DNA of 34,080 nucleotides from Octopus bimaculoides (lineage: Eukaryota). The position numbers were made by a program, and so were the translations under genes. Positions 12,329 to 23,672 of this stretch are shown here, one piece after another. The DNA lies in contig NC_068998.1 in NCBI RefSeq assembly GCF_001194135.2, forward strand, positions 14,115,909 through 14,149,988, written 5' to 3'. Position 1 is the first letter of the stretch. Each line of letters opens with the position of its first letter. The notes under the pieces are model-generated. The model saw only the letters and a list, made by a program, of their open reading frames with translations, searched no databases and was not told the DNA's origin.

Positions 12329-12734
12329 TTGTATGAATCTGTATGACGTTCATGACTTTCTCAAAGGAAATGTAGCTTACATATATATATATATATATGT
12401 ATACATATATATATATACACACACACATACATATATTATTTGTACATACATTTGTGTGCAGAAGGTAGATGAAAAATAAATAGTTAAAATATATTGGTTT
12501 CTTTTATATAGACACACACGTACATACACACACACATACACACACACATACACACACTCGCACACTCGCACACTCGCACACTCGCATACGCACACACACG
12601 CACGCACACGTACATATTCCGTTGTTCAGTAAAAATCTAGAAAAGAAGTATTCAATACACATGTATCGTGCAGTAGTTTGTCACAGAGTTTCTCATCAAT
12701 CGCAGTGTAACAAACCACTGACGCCAAAAAAACA

Positions 12735-12766
<32 letters not shown>

Positions 12767-13120
12767 CAAAAGACTTCTTTCTCTCTCTCTCTCTCTCTCT
12801 CTTCTCATGTAAATACATACACACACGCAAACACATATAAACATAGCTACATACATATATACATATAGACATAAATTGGTTCACCTGCCACTAATTAGTT
12901 CTCTCGAAGTCTCATTTTAAATTCTGTTAGGCCTTTTTGCAGGGAGAAGCCTAAATGCGTGACGGAATTTGAAAATGTAGTTGCGAATGAGAAGGCCTCG
13001 CTGTCTTGACGAAGGACCAACAAGAATGTTTAAAGAAGTAATAACTTTAAATGAGGTCTACTGATTTTAACGCGGGGGACGTTTAGTATTGATAACAACA
13101 TATGCACATTTCAAATTGGC

Positions 13121-13200
13121 ATACATCGGCACTCATCAGCGCTCATCGGCGTACATCGGCGAACATCGGCGAATCTCGGCGCACATCGGTGCACATCGGC
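13121..13200. repeat. 10-bp minisatellite, 8 units of about NNNCATCGGC
   Basis: atacatcggc actcatcagc gctcatcggc gtacatcggc gaacatcggc gaatctcggc gcacatcggt gcacatcggc. Confidence 0.9.
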
Positions 13201-13264
13201 ATCCACATACTAGTACTGATTACAAAACGCAGACATTCACACAGATTCACACCGATTCACACAG

Positions 13265-13267
<3 letters not shown>

Positions 13268-13342
<75 letters not shown>
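13268..13342. repeat. (CA)n
   Basis: Visible tandem array. Confidence 0.98.
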
Positions 13343-13345
<3 letters not shown>

Positions 13346-13684
13346 ACGCACTCTATTGTTTGTCTATATTCTTTTGCACAAAAGTGCCCTCAACTGAAGC
13401 ATGAGGCTATTTGCGTAAAGTAGAATATAATATTGGGTATATAATTATAGCTACCTCATTATCTGTGCACAAATACACAGATAATGAGGGGAGGGGGGGG
13501 CTGCATGCGGCCGCGCTCGACTCGCTAGAAATAGCAGCAAAATCTCACTCAAAACACAACCCACCTCTTAAAAATGGTCACAGCGGATAGTGTAGTCCAT
13601 GTTATACTGTGCCACATAAAACAAAACAAGGAAAAGAAAACAAAAGCAAAAATAAAAACAAAGGCCGAAATGCCTTTGTTCTTT

Positions 13685-13990
13685 TATCTTTTACTTGTTA
13701 CAGTTTTTGAGCTGCGGCCATGCTGGGGCACCAGCTCAAAGGGTTTTTGTCGAACAAATCGACTCTAGTACTTATTTATTTCAAAGTTTAGTAGTTGGTC
13801 TACCAATATCTTTTTGCCGAGCCACAAGATTACGGGGACGTAAACAAGCCAACACCGGTTACCAAGCGGTATTGGTTTGCTTAAGCGCGCGCACTCGCAC
13901 ACACACGCATGGCAATCGCACGCACGCGCGGCACACACTCATACGTAAATATATATATTACGGATTTCCACAGTCCCTGTCTACCAAATA
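13685..13990 (-). mobile_element. SINE family A (tail, CA microsatellite and part of the head)
   Basis: Reverse complement of the tail seen at 15336-15561. Confidence 0.8.
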
Positions 13991-14340
13991 CTGTTTTCTT
14001 CCTTTACACACACGCGCACACACATACACAACACGCACGCATACATACACATATATGTGTGTGTGTGTGTGTGTGAACAGGGATTATTGGCCCTGATAGG
14101 TGTGGACAGCATTCCTGAGTGGGGCGTGTTAAAACTTTTTAAAGGTTATTGTTTCTGGGCCCAAACCCAAAACATTATGGTGTAATGGTAATTAACTTGT
14201 GATAACAAGTTGTCGTAAGTATAAATTGTTCTTTGCTAATGAGATTTACACTAATACACAGAAGTGCATTCTCTAATATGTATATAATTTACATCAGGTA
14301 TACATATACATATAATTCTGACCTATATTTTGTCATTATC

Positions 14341-14657
14341 AGAAGCTTGTTTCCCAAACACATGACTCCGGGTTCAGTCTCACTGCGTGGTACCTTGGGC
14401 AAGTGTCTTTTACTGGTAATTTATTATAACGATCCAAAAAGGATGAAAGGTAAATTTGGCGTTGACGATTTTAAACTTAGAACGTAAGGATCTAGAATAA
14501 AGCTTGCTTCCCAAACACATGATTCCGGGTTCAGTCTCACCGCGTGGCACCTTGGGCAAGTGTCTTTTACTGGCAATTTATTATAACGATCCAGAAAGGA
14601 TGAAAGGTATATTTGTCTTTGACGGTTTTAAACTTAGAACGAAAGGATCTAGAATAA
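14341..14657 (+). repeat. 157-bp tandem dimer of a chimeric SINE-A head / antisense SINE-B unit
   Basis: agcttg(t/c)ttcccaaacacatg...ggatctagaataa occurs at 14344 and again at 14501. Confidence 0.9.
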
Positions 14658-15335
14658 ATACTGTAAGAGATTTTGTTTAACGCTCTAAAAGTTCTACAAA
14701 TAACGATTTCTTATATTTTTTTCACAAGAGCAATGGGTCAGGGGATATTACACGGGAAAACGGTGGAATCGATTATGCAGAATCGTTTATGAAAAGAATA
14801 AAGACAATGACAAAAAAGACAGGGAAACTAAAAAATACAAAACTATTTGATGTGAGATGCCTTAAAAGGAGGACACCCTTCAAAAACTAATCAGGAAGCG
14901 CCACAGTTCCAGAATTACCCTAACTACCAAGAGCATGTACTCCCTCCAAGTAGTATTTTTCAGTCAACTGGTTCATTGTATAGTAAGTTCATACTCACGA
15001 ATCATTCTCACCTTCTCGCTCACTTTTCTGAAAAATTCACTGGAAGGCAGCATTTCTCTTTCTCTCNNNNNNNNNNNNNNNNNNNNNNNNNNNNNNNNNN
15101 NNNNNNNNNNNNNNNNNNNNNNNNNNNNNNNNNNNNNNNNNNNNNNNNNNNNNNNNNNNNNNNNNNNNNNNNNNNNNNNNNNNNNNNNNNNNNNNNNNNN
15201 NNNNNNNNNNNNNNNNNNNNNNNNNNNNNNNNNNNNNNNNNNNNNNNNNNNNNNNNNNNNNNNNNNNNNNNNNNNNNNNNNNNNNNNNNNNNNNNNNNNN
15301 NNNNNNNNNNNNNNNNNNNNNNNNNNNNNNNNNNN

Positions 15336-15561
15336 TGTGTGTGTGTGTGTGTGTGTGTTTCTGTCTGTCCCCCCCCAACATCGCTTGACAACCGATGCTG
15401 GTGTGTTTACGCCCCCGTAATGTAGCGGTTCGGCAAAAGAGATCGATAGAATAAGTACTAGGCTTACAAAGAATAAGTCCTGGGGTCGATTTTCTCGACT
15501 AAAGGCGGTGCTCCAGCATGGCCACAGTCAAATGACTGAAACAAGTAAAAGAGTAAGAGTA
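15336..15561 (+). mobile_element. SINE family A tail after (TG)n
   Basis: cgcttgacaaccgatgctggtgtgtttacg...ctccagcatggccacagtcaaatgactgaaacaagtaaaagagta; inverted homologues at 13685, 20105 and 24200. Confidence 0.85.
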
Positions 15562-15572
15562 TCGCGACTCAC

Positions 15573-15655
15573 AGGATGTTTTATTTTGAAAAGTTACCAC
15601 ATCTATCTGTGCCTCTTTCTCGCACTTGTCTTGAGTCACAATTTTTTCCATGCAC
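15573..15655 (-). CDS. Candidate internal exon: CMEKIVTQDKCEKEAQIDVVTFQNKTS
   Basis: Acceptor cttaatttacag| (alternative in-frame acceptor gttag| at 15676), donor CT|gtgagt, only one of three frames open, and a phase-1 end compatible with 8131-8274. Confidence 0.35.
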
Positions 15656-15825
15656 CTGTAAATTAAGTCCACAAGCTAACTGTAACAATAGTATGGACCC
15701 TAAATTCCTTTTTGTGTATACCACAATGTAATAATAATAGAAATAAAGTGCATAATACAGAATGTAATAATTTCATTTGCATTCGTCTGTATTAATTCGT
15801 AATCGAGTAGTTAATCTGTAACGAA

Positions 15826-16200
15826 TGATCGATCCCCTTCATCTTGATGGATGCGAAGGGTGCCGGTGCTTGAGATGGCTGATCAGGCCACAGGTAGTTT
15901 AAAAGTGCCGGGGAGCATTTATCGCAGGAAAGAATTGGCGGAGGAGGAGGAAGTGCGAGTTGCTCTTAACGTCTTATTCGTCTGTTAGTTTCCATCTGGT
16001 CCGGTCCCTTGACTATTACATGTCGCCACTTTGGACGGCCCTTGGCAATTGTTCCCCAGGTATTTGGATCAGTGGGCCAACGGAAGACAGTGGCCTTCAG
16101 CTAGTCTCGGAAACGGAACTCGGGGGCTCCCCGTGGTCTGGTGCCTTAGACCAAGTCCACAAATAGGAGTTTTCGGGGGAGGTACGTTTGTATTATATCA
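15826..16200 (-). mobile_element. 5'-truncated RTE (BovB-like) LINE 3' end, degraded
   Basis: Minus-strand GAPEFRFRD*LK...DPNTWGTIAKGRPKWRHVIVKG...ETNRR, then CDKC...CGLISHLKHRH (CCHH knuckle, frameshifted), typical of RTE C-termini. Confidence 0.8.
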
Positions 16201-16266
16201 GTCATAATTAAATTATATATTATGCTCTCTATTATGATTTGTCAAGAGCGCACGTTCTCTAAGTAC

Positions 16267-16359
16267 GCGGAAAATTGTCTTGCACGAAGCCAGTTCGTAG
16301 TACAAAACAAAAGCCAGAAACCATTGATATGCATAAATAGTTATTTGGCATAGTTCCAT
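16267..16359 (-). CDS. Possible first coding exon with signal-peptide-like MELCQITIYAYQWFLAFVLYYELASCKTIFR
   Basis: About 45-nt pyrimidine-rich tract ending cgtagtag just upstream, ATG at 16359 and a hydrophobic core WFLAFVLYY. The donor (gtactt) is weak. Confidence 0.2.
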
Positions 16360-16549
16360 CAGTTTCTACTACGATAGAGACGGGAGTAAAATTAATAACA
16401 GAGAAACGAAAATAAAACTTTGGAAACAGCAACGGCGCCATAACTGATGTGGAAACTATGAACATGTTTTCAAGGGAGATAATCAGAGAAAGACTTGAAA
16501 GCCAACGTAAGATCGTAATACTTCATGCAATGTAAAGTAAATATAACAA

Positions 16550-16731
16550 AATAATCTAGAATCCTTTTCTGGTACTGGATCGATCCCCAAATCTAATCAG
16601 TCGGTGCCAGTAACGAGGCCAAACATCCCTGAAAGTTTCATCCGAATCTATCCAGCAGTTCTTGAGGTATCTTGTCCACGGACAAACAAACACGACTGAA
16701 AACAATACCTCCGCCTTCGCTAAGGCGGAGC

Positions 16732-16734
<3 letters not shown>
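16550..16734 (+). mobile_element. Non-autonomous Helentron/HINE (DINE-1-like) element 3' part
   Basis: acggacaaacaaac core followed by gaaaacaatacc and a terminal stem-loop ctccgcctt-cgct-aaggcggag (16709-16730), then TAA. The family assignment is from architecture only. Confidence 0.5.
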
Positions 16735-16766
<32 letters not shown>

Positions 16767-17429
16767 TCTCAGCGGGCATGATAGAGCTGCACAATATATT
16801 CACTGGGTAATATGCAAAAACCTGGACTTGCCCCATGATAAAAACTGGTGGGAACACAAACCACCCCCAGTACTTGAAAATGATCACATTGCACTCCTCT
16901 GGAACTTCACCATTCAAACTGACAGAAAGATAGACGCAAATAGGCCAGACATCATANNNNNNNNNNNNNNNNNNNNNNNNNNNNNNNNNNNNNNNNNNNN
17001 NNNNNNNNNNNNNNNNNNNNNNNNNNNNNNNNNNNNNNNNNNNNNNNNNNNNNNNNNNNNNNNNNNNNNNNNNNNNNNNNNNNNNNNNNNNNNNNNNNNN
17101 NNNNNNNNNNNNNNNNNNNNNNNNNNNNNNNNNNNNNNNNNNNNNNGCTCAGATACCAGGAAACCCCAAAATGGCTGAAGTTCAAAAGATAGTGCTCATG
17201 GGAACTGCCCATATCCTACGTAAAATACTGTCTATGTGATCTCAAATTTTAAAGCAAACATAATTTTCTTATGGTTTTTTAAACATTCACTTGAACAAAA
17301 CTGTACAAATCCAAATATATGGTACCCTAGGCATAACACCTACATGAACTTCTAACTTGTTGTCTCTTGAGGTCTCTGGGTGAGACTTGGATCCAACTTG
17401 TACAAATGCAAAACAAAAGTCAAACATAA

Positions 17430-17430
<1 letters not shown>
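16767..17430 (+). mobile_element. 5'-truncated R4/Dong-clade LINE (restriction-like endonuclease C-terminus plus 3' UTR), interrupted by an N gap
   Basis: HDRAAQYIHWVICKNLDLPHDKNWWEHKPPPVLENDHIALLWNFTIQTDRKIDANRPDII...IPGNPKMAEVQKIVLMGTAHILRKILSM* (stop 17237-17239); flanked by (TAA)n on both sides. Confidence 0.9.
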
Positions 17431-17464
<34 letters not shown>

Positions 17465-17486
17465 TGATGATGATGATGATGATGAT

Positions 17487-17711
17487 TTCAAATTTTTACC
17501 GCAAGGGCAGCTAGGGGAGGGGATTAAGTTGATTACATCGACCCCGAAAGCATGAAAGCAAAGTCGATCTCGGCGGAATCTGAACTCAGAACGTAGCGAC
17601 GGGCGAAATACTGCTAAGCATTTCGCCTGGCGTGATATCAATTATGTCAGCTCGCCACCTTAATNNNNNNNNNNTCGTCTGGCGTGATATCAATTATGTC
17701 AGCTCGCCACC

Positions 17712-17713
<2 letters not shown>
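17487..17713 (-). mobile_element. SINE family B with an internal deletion; 5' end duplicated across a 10-N gap
   Basis: Reverse complement of family B; the segment between the two ggggtcgat repeats is missing. Confidence 0.85.
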
Positions 17714-17757
<44 letters not shown>

Positions 17758-18232
17758 TAATAATGATGATGATGATGATGATGATAATAATAATAATTGC
17801 TAAGAAGTACAAGCCCTATTGACCTTCGTAAGAAAGTATTATATCTACTGAAGACAGTAGAATGACATGAGGAAATTCAGAAATGATTGTCTTCTTTAGA
17901 AACACAACCGAACGACCGTTTCTTCTCTATTTATGTACGCTGATCAAATACGTTTATTGGTATATTATCGAATATACCAATACATTGGAAAAACAGATAC
18001 ACAACAAAGACACGCGCTTACATATGTACAGACACAAACACACACACTCTGCCATACTTATATATGTTTATACAAGTGTAGGCTTATTGTAATATTGATT
18101 TCGTTCGGTTGGTAGAAGGAACGCAATACTTTTAGGTATTTTTTTACTTCGATTGTTTACTATGTGAGGTATCTGCATTCCTGTATTCCTGTAGATATTA
18201 CTAATGTATATGTATACGTACATATATATGAG

Positions 18233-18298
<66 letters not shown>

Positions 18299-19177
18299 AT
18301 TATACATGGATTATATATATATATTATTAATCTAATTTATATATAAATTCATTTGTATATAACTAATTTAGTTATATACTAATTTAACTATATACATTTA
18401 GTTATATACATATATATTATATAATACATATATATTATATATTAGGAAACCTGGTATAATATTATACCGATTTTTGCCTGTAAGGTTGGAATAAATTTTT
18501 ATTCCCTAATATTACTATTTATTTGTATATAAATGAAGACATATTTGTATGTGTGTGCGTGTGTGTGTAGACACACGTATGTACATATATATACATATTT
18601 ATTTGTATGTATATATGTATATATATATATATATNNNNNNNNNNNNNNNNNNNNNNNNNNNNNNNNNNNNNNNNNNNNNNNNNNNNNNNNNNNNNNNNNN
18701 NNNNNNNNNNNNNNNNNNNNNNNNNNNNNNNNNNNNNNNNNNNNNNNNNNNNNNNNNNNNNNNNNNNNNNNNNNNNNNNNNNNNNNNNNNNNNNNNNNNN
18801 NNNNNNNNNNNNNNNNNNNNNNNNNNNNNNNNNNNNNNNNNNNNNNNNNNNNNNNNNNNNNNNNNNNNNNNNNNNNNNNNNNNNNNNNNNNNNNNNNNNN
18901 NNNNNNNNNNNNNNNNNNNNNNNNNNNNNNNNNNNNNNNNNNNNNNNNNNNNNNNNNNNNNNNNNNNNNNNNNNNNNNNNNNNNNNNNNNNNNNNNNNNN
19001 NNNNNNNNNNNNNNNNNNNNNNNNNNNNNNNNNNNNNNNNNNNNNNNNNNNNNNNNNNNNNNNNNNNNNNNNNNNNNNNNNNNNNNNNNNNNNNNNNNNN
19101 NNNNNNNNNNNNNNNNNNNNNNNNNNNNNNNNNNNNNNNNNNNNNNNNNNNNNNNNNNNNNNNNNNNNNNAACAACG

Positions 19178-19806
19178 GTTTCAAATTTTGGTACAACCCA
19201 TCATCATCTTCGGGGAAGGGGGTAAGTCGATTAAATTGATCCCAGTATTCTTATGGTACTCATTTTATCGTACTTATTGTACTTATTTTATCGATCTCGA
19301 ATTGATGAAGGGCAAAGTCGACCACGGTGGAGTTTGAGCTCAGAACATAAATACTGACGAAATGCACCAGCTTGCTACCTTAACAACAACAACAACAACA
19401 ACAACAACAATCCTTTCTGCTGTAGACACACGGCCTGAAATTTGTGGGTAGAGGGTTATTCGGTTACAGCGACTTCAATACGCAATTGGTACTTATTTTA
19501 TCGAACCCGAAATGATGAGAGGCAAAGTCGACCTTAGCGAAATGTGTGCTCGGAGCGTGAAGTCGGACGAAATGCCGCTAAGCATTTTTCCCGGCGTGTT
19601 AACAATTCTGCCAGCTCGTCGCCTTAACAACAACAACAAACAAACAAACAAACAAACAAACAAACCACAACAGCAACAGCAATAATGAGTTAAAATTTTT
19701 GCACAAGGCCAGCAATTCCGAGGGAAGGGCAAAATCGATTAAATCGACCCCAGTGTTCAACTGTTACTTATTTTATCGATCTTGAAAACGACGATAGGTT
19801 AAGTTG
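19178..19806 (-). mobile_element. Three head-to-tail SINE-B copies separated by (CAA)n/(CAAA)n
   Basis: Copies at about 19178-19382, 19409-19626 and 19690-19806. Confidence 0.85.
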
Positions 19807-20104
19807 ACACAAAGGAACACAGCAGTAAAGAATACTATCCAAGCCGAATAACTAATGAAATTACAGTAATTTAGCTAACGAAATATAAACCTTATACTCG
19901 TAATTGTAACAAACGTTATAATCGCAATTGTTATAATTGTAATTGGGATAATTGAAATGGTTTACACCTAATTCTGTAAAAACAAAACAAAAAAAAACAT
20001 TGACCTAGAAGGGCAAATACAACCGTGTCCCAGAAAATATATGTATTAGGAGCTGTAAATATTGTTAGAGTGTTTCTACACAGATTTTGTTATAATATAT
20101 TTTT

Positions 20105-20380
20105 TCCACTTATTTCAGTCATTAGATTACGGTCGTGCTGGGGTACAACATTGAAGGGTTAAATCAAATGTATCGACTCCACTTCGTAGTTTTTCCTTAA
20201 AGTTTAGCACTTATTCCTTGGATTTCTTTTGCCGAGCCGCTAATTTATGGGGACGTACACAAACAAACACCGGCTGTTAAGAGCGGTGGGTGGCGGTGGA
20301 CTAACACAAACACAAAGACACATATACATATACATAAACACACACACACACACACACACACATAAATATATCCCGTCGTA
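20105..20380 (-). mobile_element. SINE family A tail plus CA repeat
   Basis: Reverse-complement homology to 15336-15561. Confidence 0.8.
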
Positions 20381-20392
20381 TATTTGTATATA

Positions 20393-20470
20393 CAGTAATC
20401 CCCCGACTATCGCGGATTTTTCCAAAACCCACCGCGATAGGTGAAAATCTGTGAAGTAGAAACAGCACCG
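20393..20470 (+). mobile_element. One end of a Tigger/pogo-like (Tc1/mariner) MITE
   Basis: TA followed by CAGTAATCCCCCGACTATCGCGG, with internal inverted ctatcgcgg/ccgcgatag (20407-20440). The partner end is not seen and may lie in the gap. Confidence 0.55.
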
Positions 20471-21399
20471 TATTATATATTTTTAAAAATTATTTTTGAA
20501 ATTTGTATATATTTATTTTATTATAAATGNNNNNNNNNNNNNNNNNNNNNNNNNNNNNNNNNNNNNNNNNNNNNNNNNNNNNNNNNNNNNNNNNNNNNNN
20601 NNNNNNNNNNNNNNNNNNNNNNNNNNNNNNNNNNNNNNNNNNNNNNNNNNNNNNNNNNNNNNNNNNNNNNNNNNNNNNNNNNNNNNNNNNNNNNNNNNNN
20701 NNNNNNNNNNNNNNNNNNNNNNNNNNNNNNNNNNNNNNNNNNNNNNNNNNNNNNNNNNNNNNNNNNNNNNNNNNNNNNNNNNNNNNNNNNNNNNNNNNNN
20801 NNNNNNNNNNNNNNNNNNNNNNNNNNNNNNNNNNNNNNNNNNNNNNNNNNNNNNNNNNNNNNNNNNNNNNNNNNNNNNNNNNNNNNNNNNNNNNNNNNNN
20901 NNNNNNNNNNNNNNNNNNNNNNNNNNNNNNNNNNNNNNNNNNNNNNNNNNNNNNNNNNNNNNNNNNNNNNNNNNNNNNNNNNNNNNNNNNNNNNNNNNNN
21001 NNNNNNNNNNNNNNNNNNNNNNNNNNNNNNNNNNNNNNNNNNNNNNNNNNNNNNNNNNNNNNTATATATATGTATATATATATATTGCAGTATTGCTGTC
21101 TGGGAGATATCTTATGGTAGAGGAATAGTATTTAACTACTATTTCTAAATTTCGGTATGTGGTGAAGCAATTTGCTGAACCATAATTATAATTATGCTTA
21201 TAATTATAGAATTTTTGTATAAGGTTACCGATTAAAGTTATTTTAACATACCGAACTACATGGTAAAATAATTAATTATTAATTATTAATTAATTAATTA
21301 ATTAATTAATTAATTTTACCCTTTATTATCATTGAAAATATATATATGTATGTATGTATATGTATGTATGTATGTATGTAGGTATGTCTATATATATTC

Positions 21400-21555
21400 T
21401 AAGGACTTCCACACTGTCTCTGTCGAGCAAATTCACTCACACGGCATTTATCAGCGCAGGGCTATAACAGAAGATACGTAATCAAGGTGCTGCGCAGTGG
21501 AACTAAATCCGAAATCATGTGGTTGTAAAGCAGCCTTTTTAAACACACAGCAATG
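21400..21555 (-). mobile_element. SINE family A head
   Basis: Reverse-complement homology to 5255-5412. Confidence 0.75.
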
Positions 21556-23517
21556 CATAATTTAGATGTGTTAAAGTAGAATAGCGATGTATTTCTGAAA
21601 CCGTAAATAGTAAGTTAATAATACATAGATTGTTGAACCATGCTTAACATATAGAAATATTGCAATTTGAAATGACGGGGAATTTATTAAAATTTCTGAG
21701 TCTCGAAGCAGAAGAATTAATAGAATGAAGACCATGAAAATGTGGCAGAAGTATTTAGACGAACTCTTCCAAAGTATAGAATTTCTGTGAAGCAATACAA
21801 CTTAATGTGAACTAGTCTAGAATGTTGTATTGTTAAGAAAATTTGAGAGCTGATATTAAGAGTCTATATGTTTGTGGATATTTTCATGGCTACTTCTGTA
21901 AATATACCTTGATATCCTTAGCTCGTTTATATATATATGCTAGCTGGCCCCGTGCCGTCAAAAATAACGGCTAATTGCAGTATTCTATATATGAATATGG
22001 ATGGTAAATCAAATTAATACACTTGTCAATGATATCTAGTGGTTTTTTTTTGAGATGTGACATCGATCACCGTTTGTTACTGAAAAAAAAACGTTAGTTC
22101 ACAGATACAAACATTCACATACTTCCCTTGTATACGCACGCGCATACACACATGTACTCACACAAAATTGAATTGCTCCCACTACCAGTTTGCCATCACC
22201 CCTTCCTTCTCATTCATATATTGTGACGGAGAAAAATACAAGAGTATTATTATAGTGNNNNNNNNNNNNNNNNNNNNNNNNNNNNNNNNNNNNNNNNNNN
22301 NNNNNNNNNNNNNNNNNNNNNNNNNNNNNNNNNNNNNNNNNNNNNNNNNNNNNNNNNNNNNNNNNNNNNNNNNNNNNNNNNNNNNNNNNNNNNNNNNNNN
22401 NNNNNNNNNNNNNNNNNNNNNNNNNNNNNNNNNNNNNNNNNNNNNNNNNNNNNNNNNNNNNNNNNNNNNNNNNNNNNNNNNNNNNNNNNNNNNNNNNNNN
22501 NNNNNNNNNNNNNNNNNNNNNNNNNNNNNNNNNNNNNNNNNNNNNNNNNNNNNNNNNNNNNNNNNNNNNNNNNNNNNNNNNNNNNNNNNNNNNNNNNNNN
22601 NNNNNNNNNNNNNNNNNNNNNNNNNNNNNNNNNNNNNNNNNNNNNNNNNNNNNNNNNNNNNNNNNNNNNNNNNNNNNNNNNNNNNNNNTATATATATATA
22701 TATAATCTAATGATGTATAGAGCGTTCTAGATTTTGGAAGAGTTCATCTAATTATTTTCCTCTCCTTTTCATATTATTATAATTTCATACAATTCATATT
22801 TCCGCTCCTAGACTCTGACATTCTAATGAATTTTCCATGGCAATATTTCTATCCATCTAACAATTTACGTATTCGTAACCGAGATGGAGGGACCATGCGC
22901 ATTTGTATACTATCTGTGTGAAAAATCCTAAATGTTAAATTTTATTCTTAGTTCACCCCAAAAGCAACGCTTGCTTTTTTACATGATGTAATTGTTTTGT
23001 TCATCAACAAACAACACGTTTGAAACAACTGTAGTGAACTTCAGTCCCTCTGTATTACAGCTTACATATATTTATATATGCTTCACACGTGCACGAATAT
23101 TCACACAAGCGCGCACGCCTACCTATATAATCATATGATAATTGAGGGGTAAGTAAATTGCAGGCGATCACTCCATAAGAACTTCATGAAGAATCTGGTT
23201 AACATAGTATTCGAATAACCAACGGATAATTGGTTATAAATCGGTCAATTGATAAAGGAGCACTGTGCCAATTCAAGGCATGTATATCAAAATAGGCATG
23301 TGATAACCCTCACAGACTAATAATTTTTATTGACGGAAAGAGAAGTTAAGTCAATGTTACGTATGTTTCAGTGAACGAGCACAATTTATTTCATATTACA
23401 TACAAAGCTATGCAATTCATGCATTAAATTTAAAATTCATTCACTTCACTTCCTCACTGAGGAAGTGAATGAACACTTTATTTATTAAAATACATGTTTA
23501 TTAAAATAATTATATAT

Positions 23518-23560
<43 letters not shown>

Positions 23561-23582
23561 TATATATATTATATAAGCCCAA

Positions 23583-23672
23583 GAGTGGCTGTTTGGTAAG
23601 TAGCTTGCCTACCAACCGTACCGGGTTCAGTCCCACTGCATGGCATCTCAGGCAAGTGTTTTCTACTACAGA
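23583..23672 (+). mobile_element. SINE family A head, followed by (ACCA)n
   Basis: gtggctgtttggtaagtagcttgcctaccaacc...gggttcagtcccactgc. Confidence 0.8.

Noticed and set aside
13108-13141. Hammerhead ribozyme core on the minus strand (CTGATGA...GAAA)
   Set aside because: No credible stem II or flanking helices; the motif arises from one minisatellite variant.
13121-14657. CRISPR-like arrays (10-bp and 157-bp repeats)
   Set aside because: There are no unique spacers, no cas genes, and the context is eukaryotic.
14728-14855. Plus-strand open segment SNGSGDITRENGGIDYAESFMKRIK... with a gtgaga donor
   Set aside because: Weak aag acceptor, isolated, and no recognisable homology.
21571-21795. 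Minus ORF with signal-peptide-like MVFILLILLLRDSE...FQIAIFLY
   Set aside because: Hydrophobic frames are common in AT-rich DNA and there is no strong phase-compatible donor. It remains only a weak alternative first exon.
22869-22913. 45-nt minus-strand AG...GT segment, and similar ones near 7978-8025, 8371-8420, 26036-26094 and 26815-26913
   Set aside because: Splice-like sites and short open frames are expected by chance; there is no independent support and several are mutually incompatible in phase.
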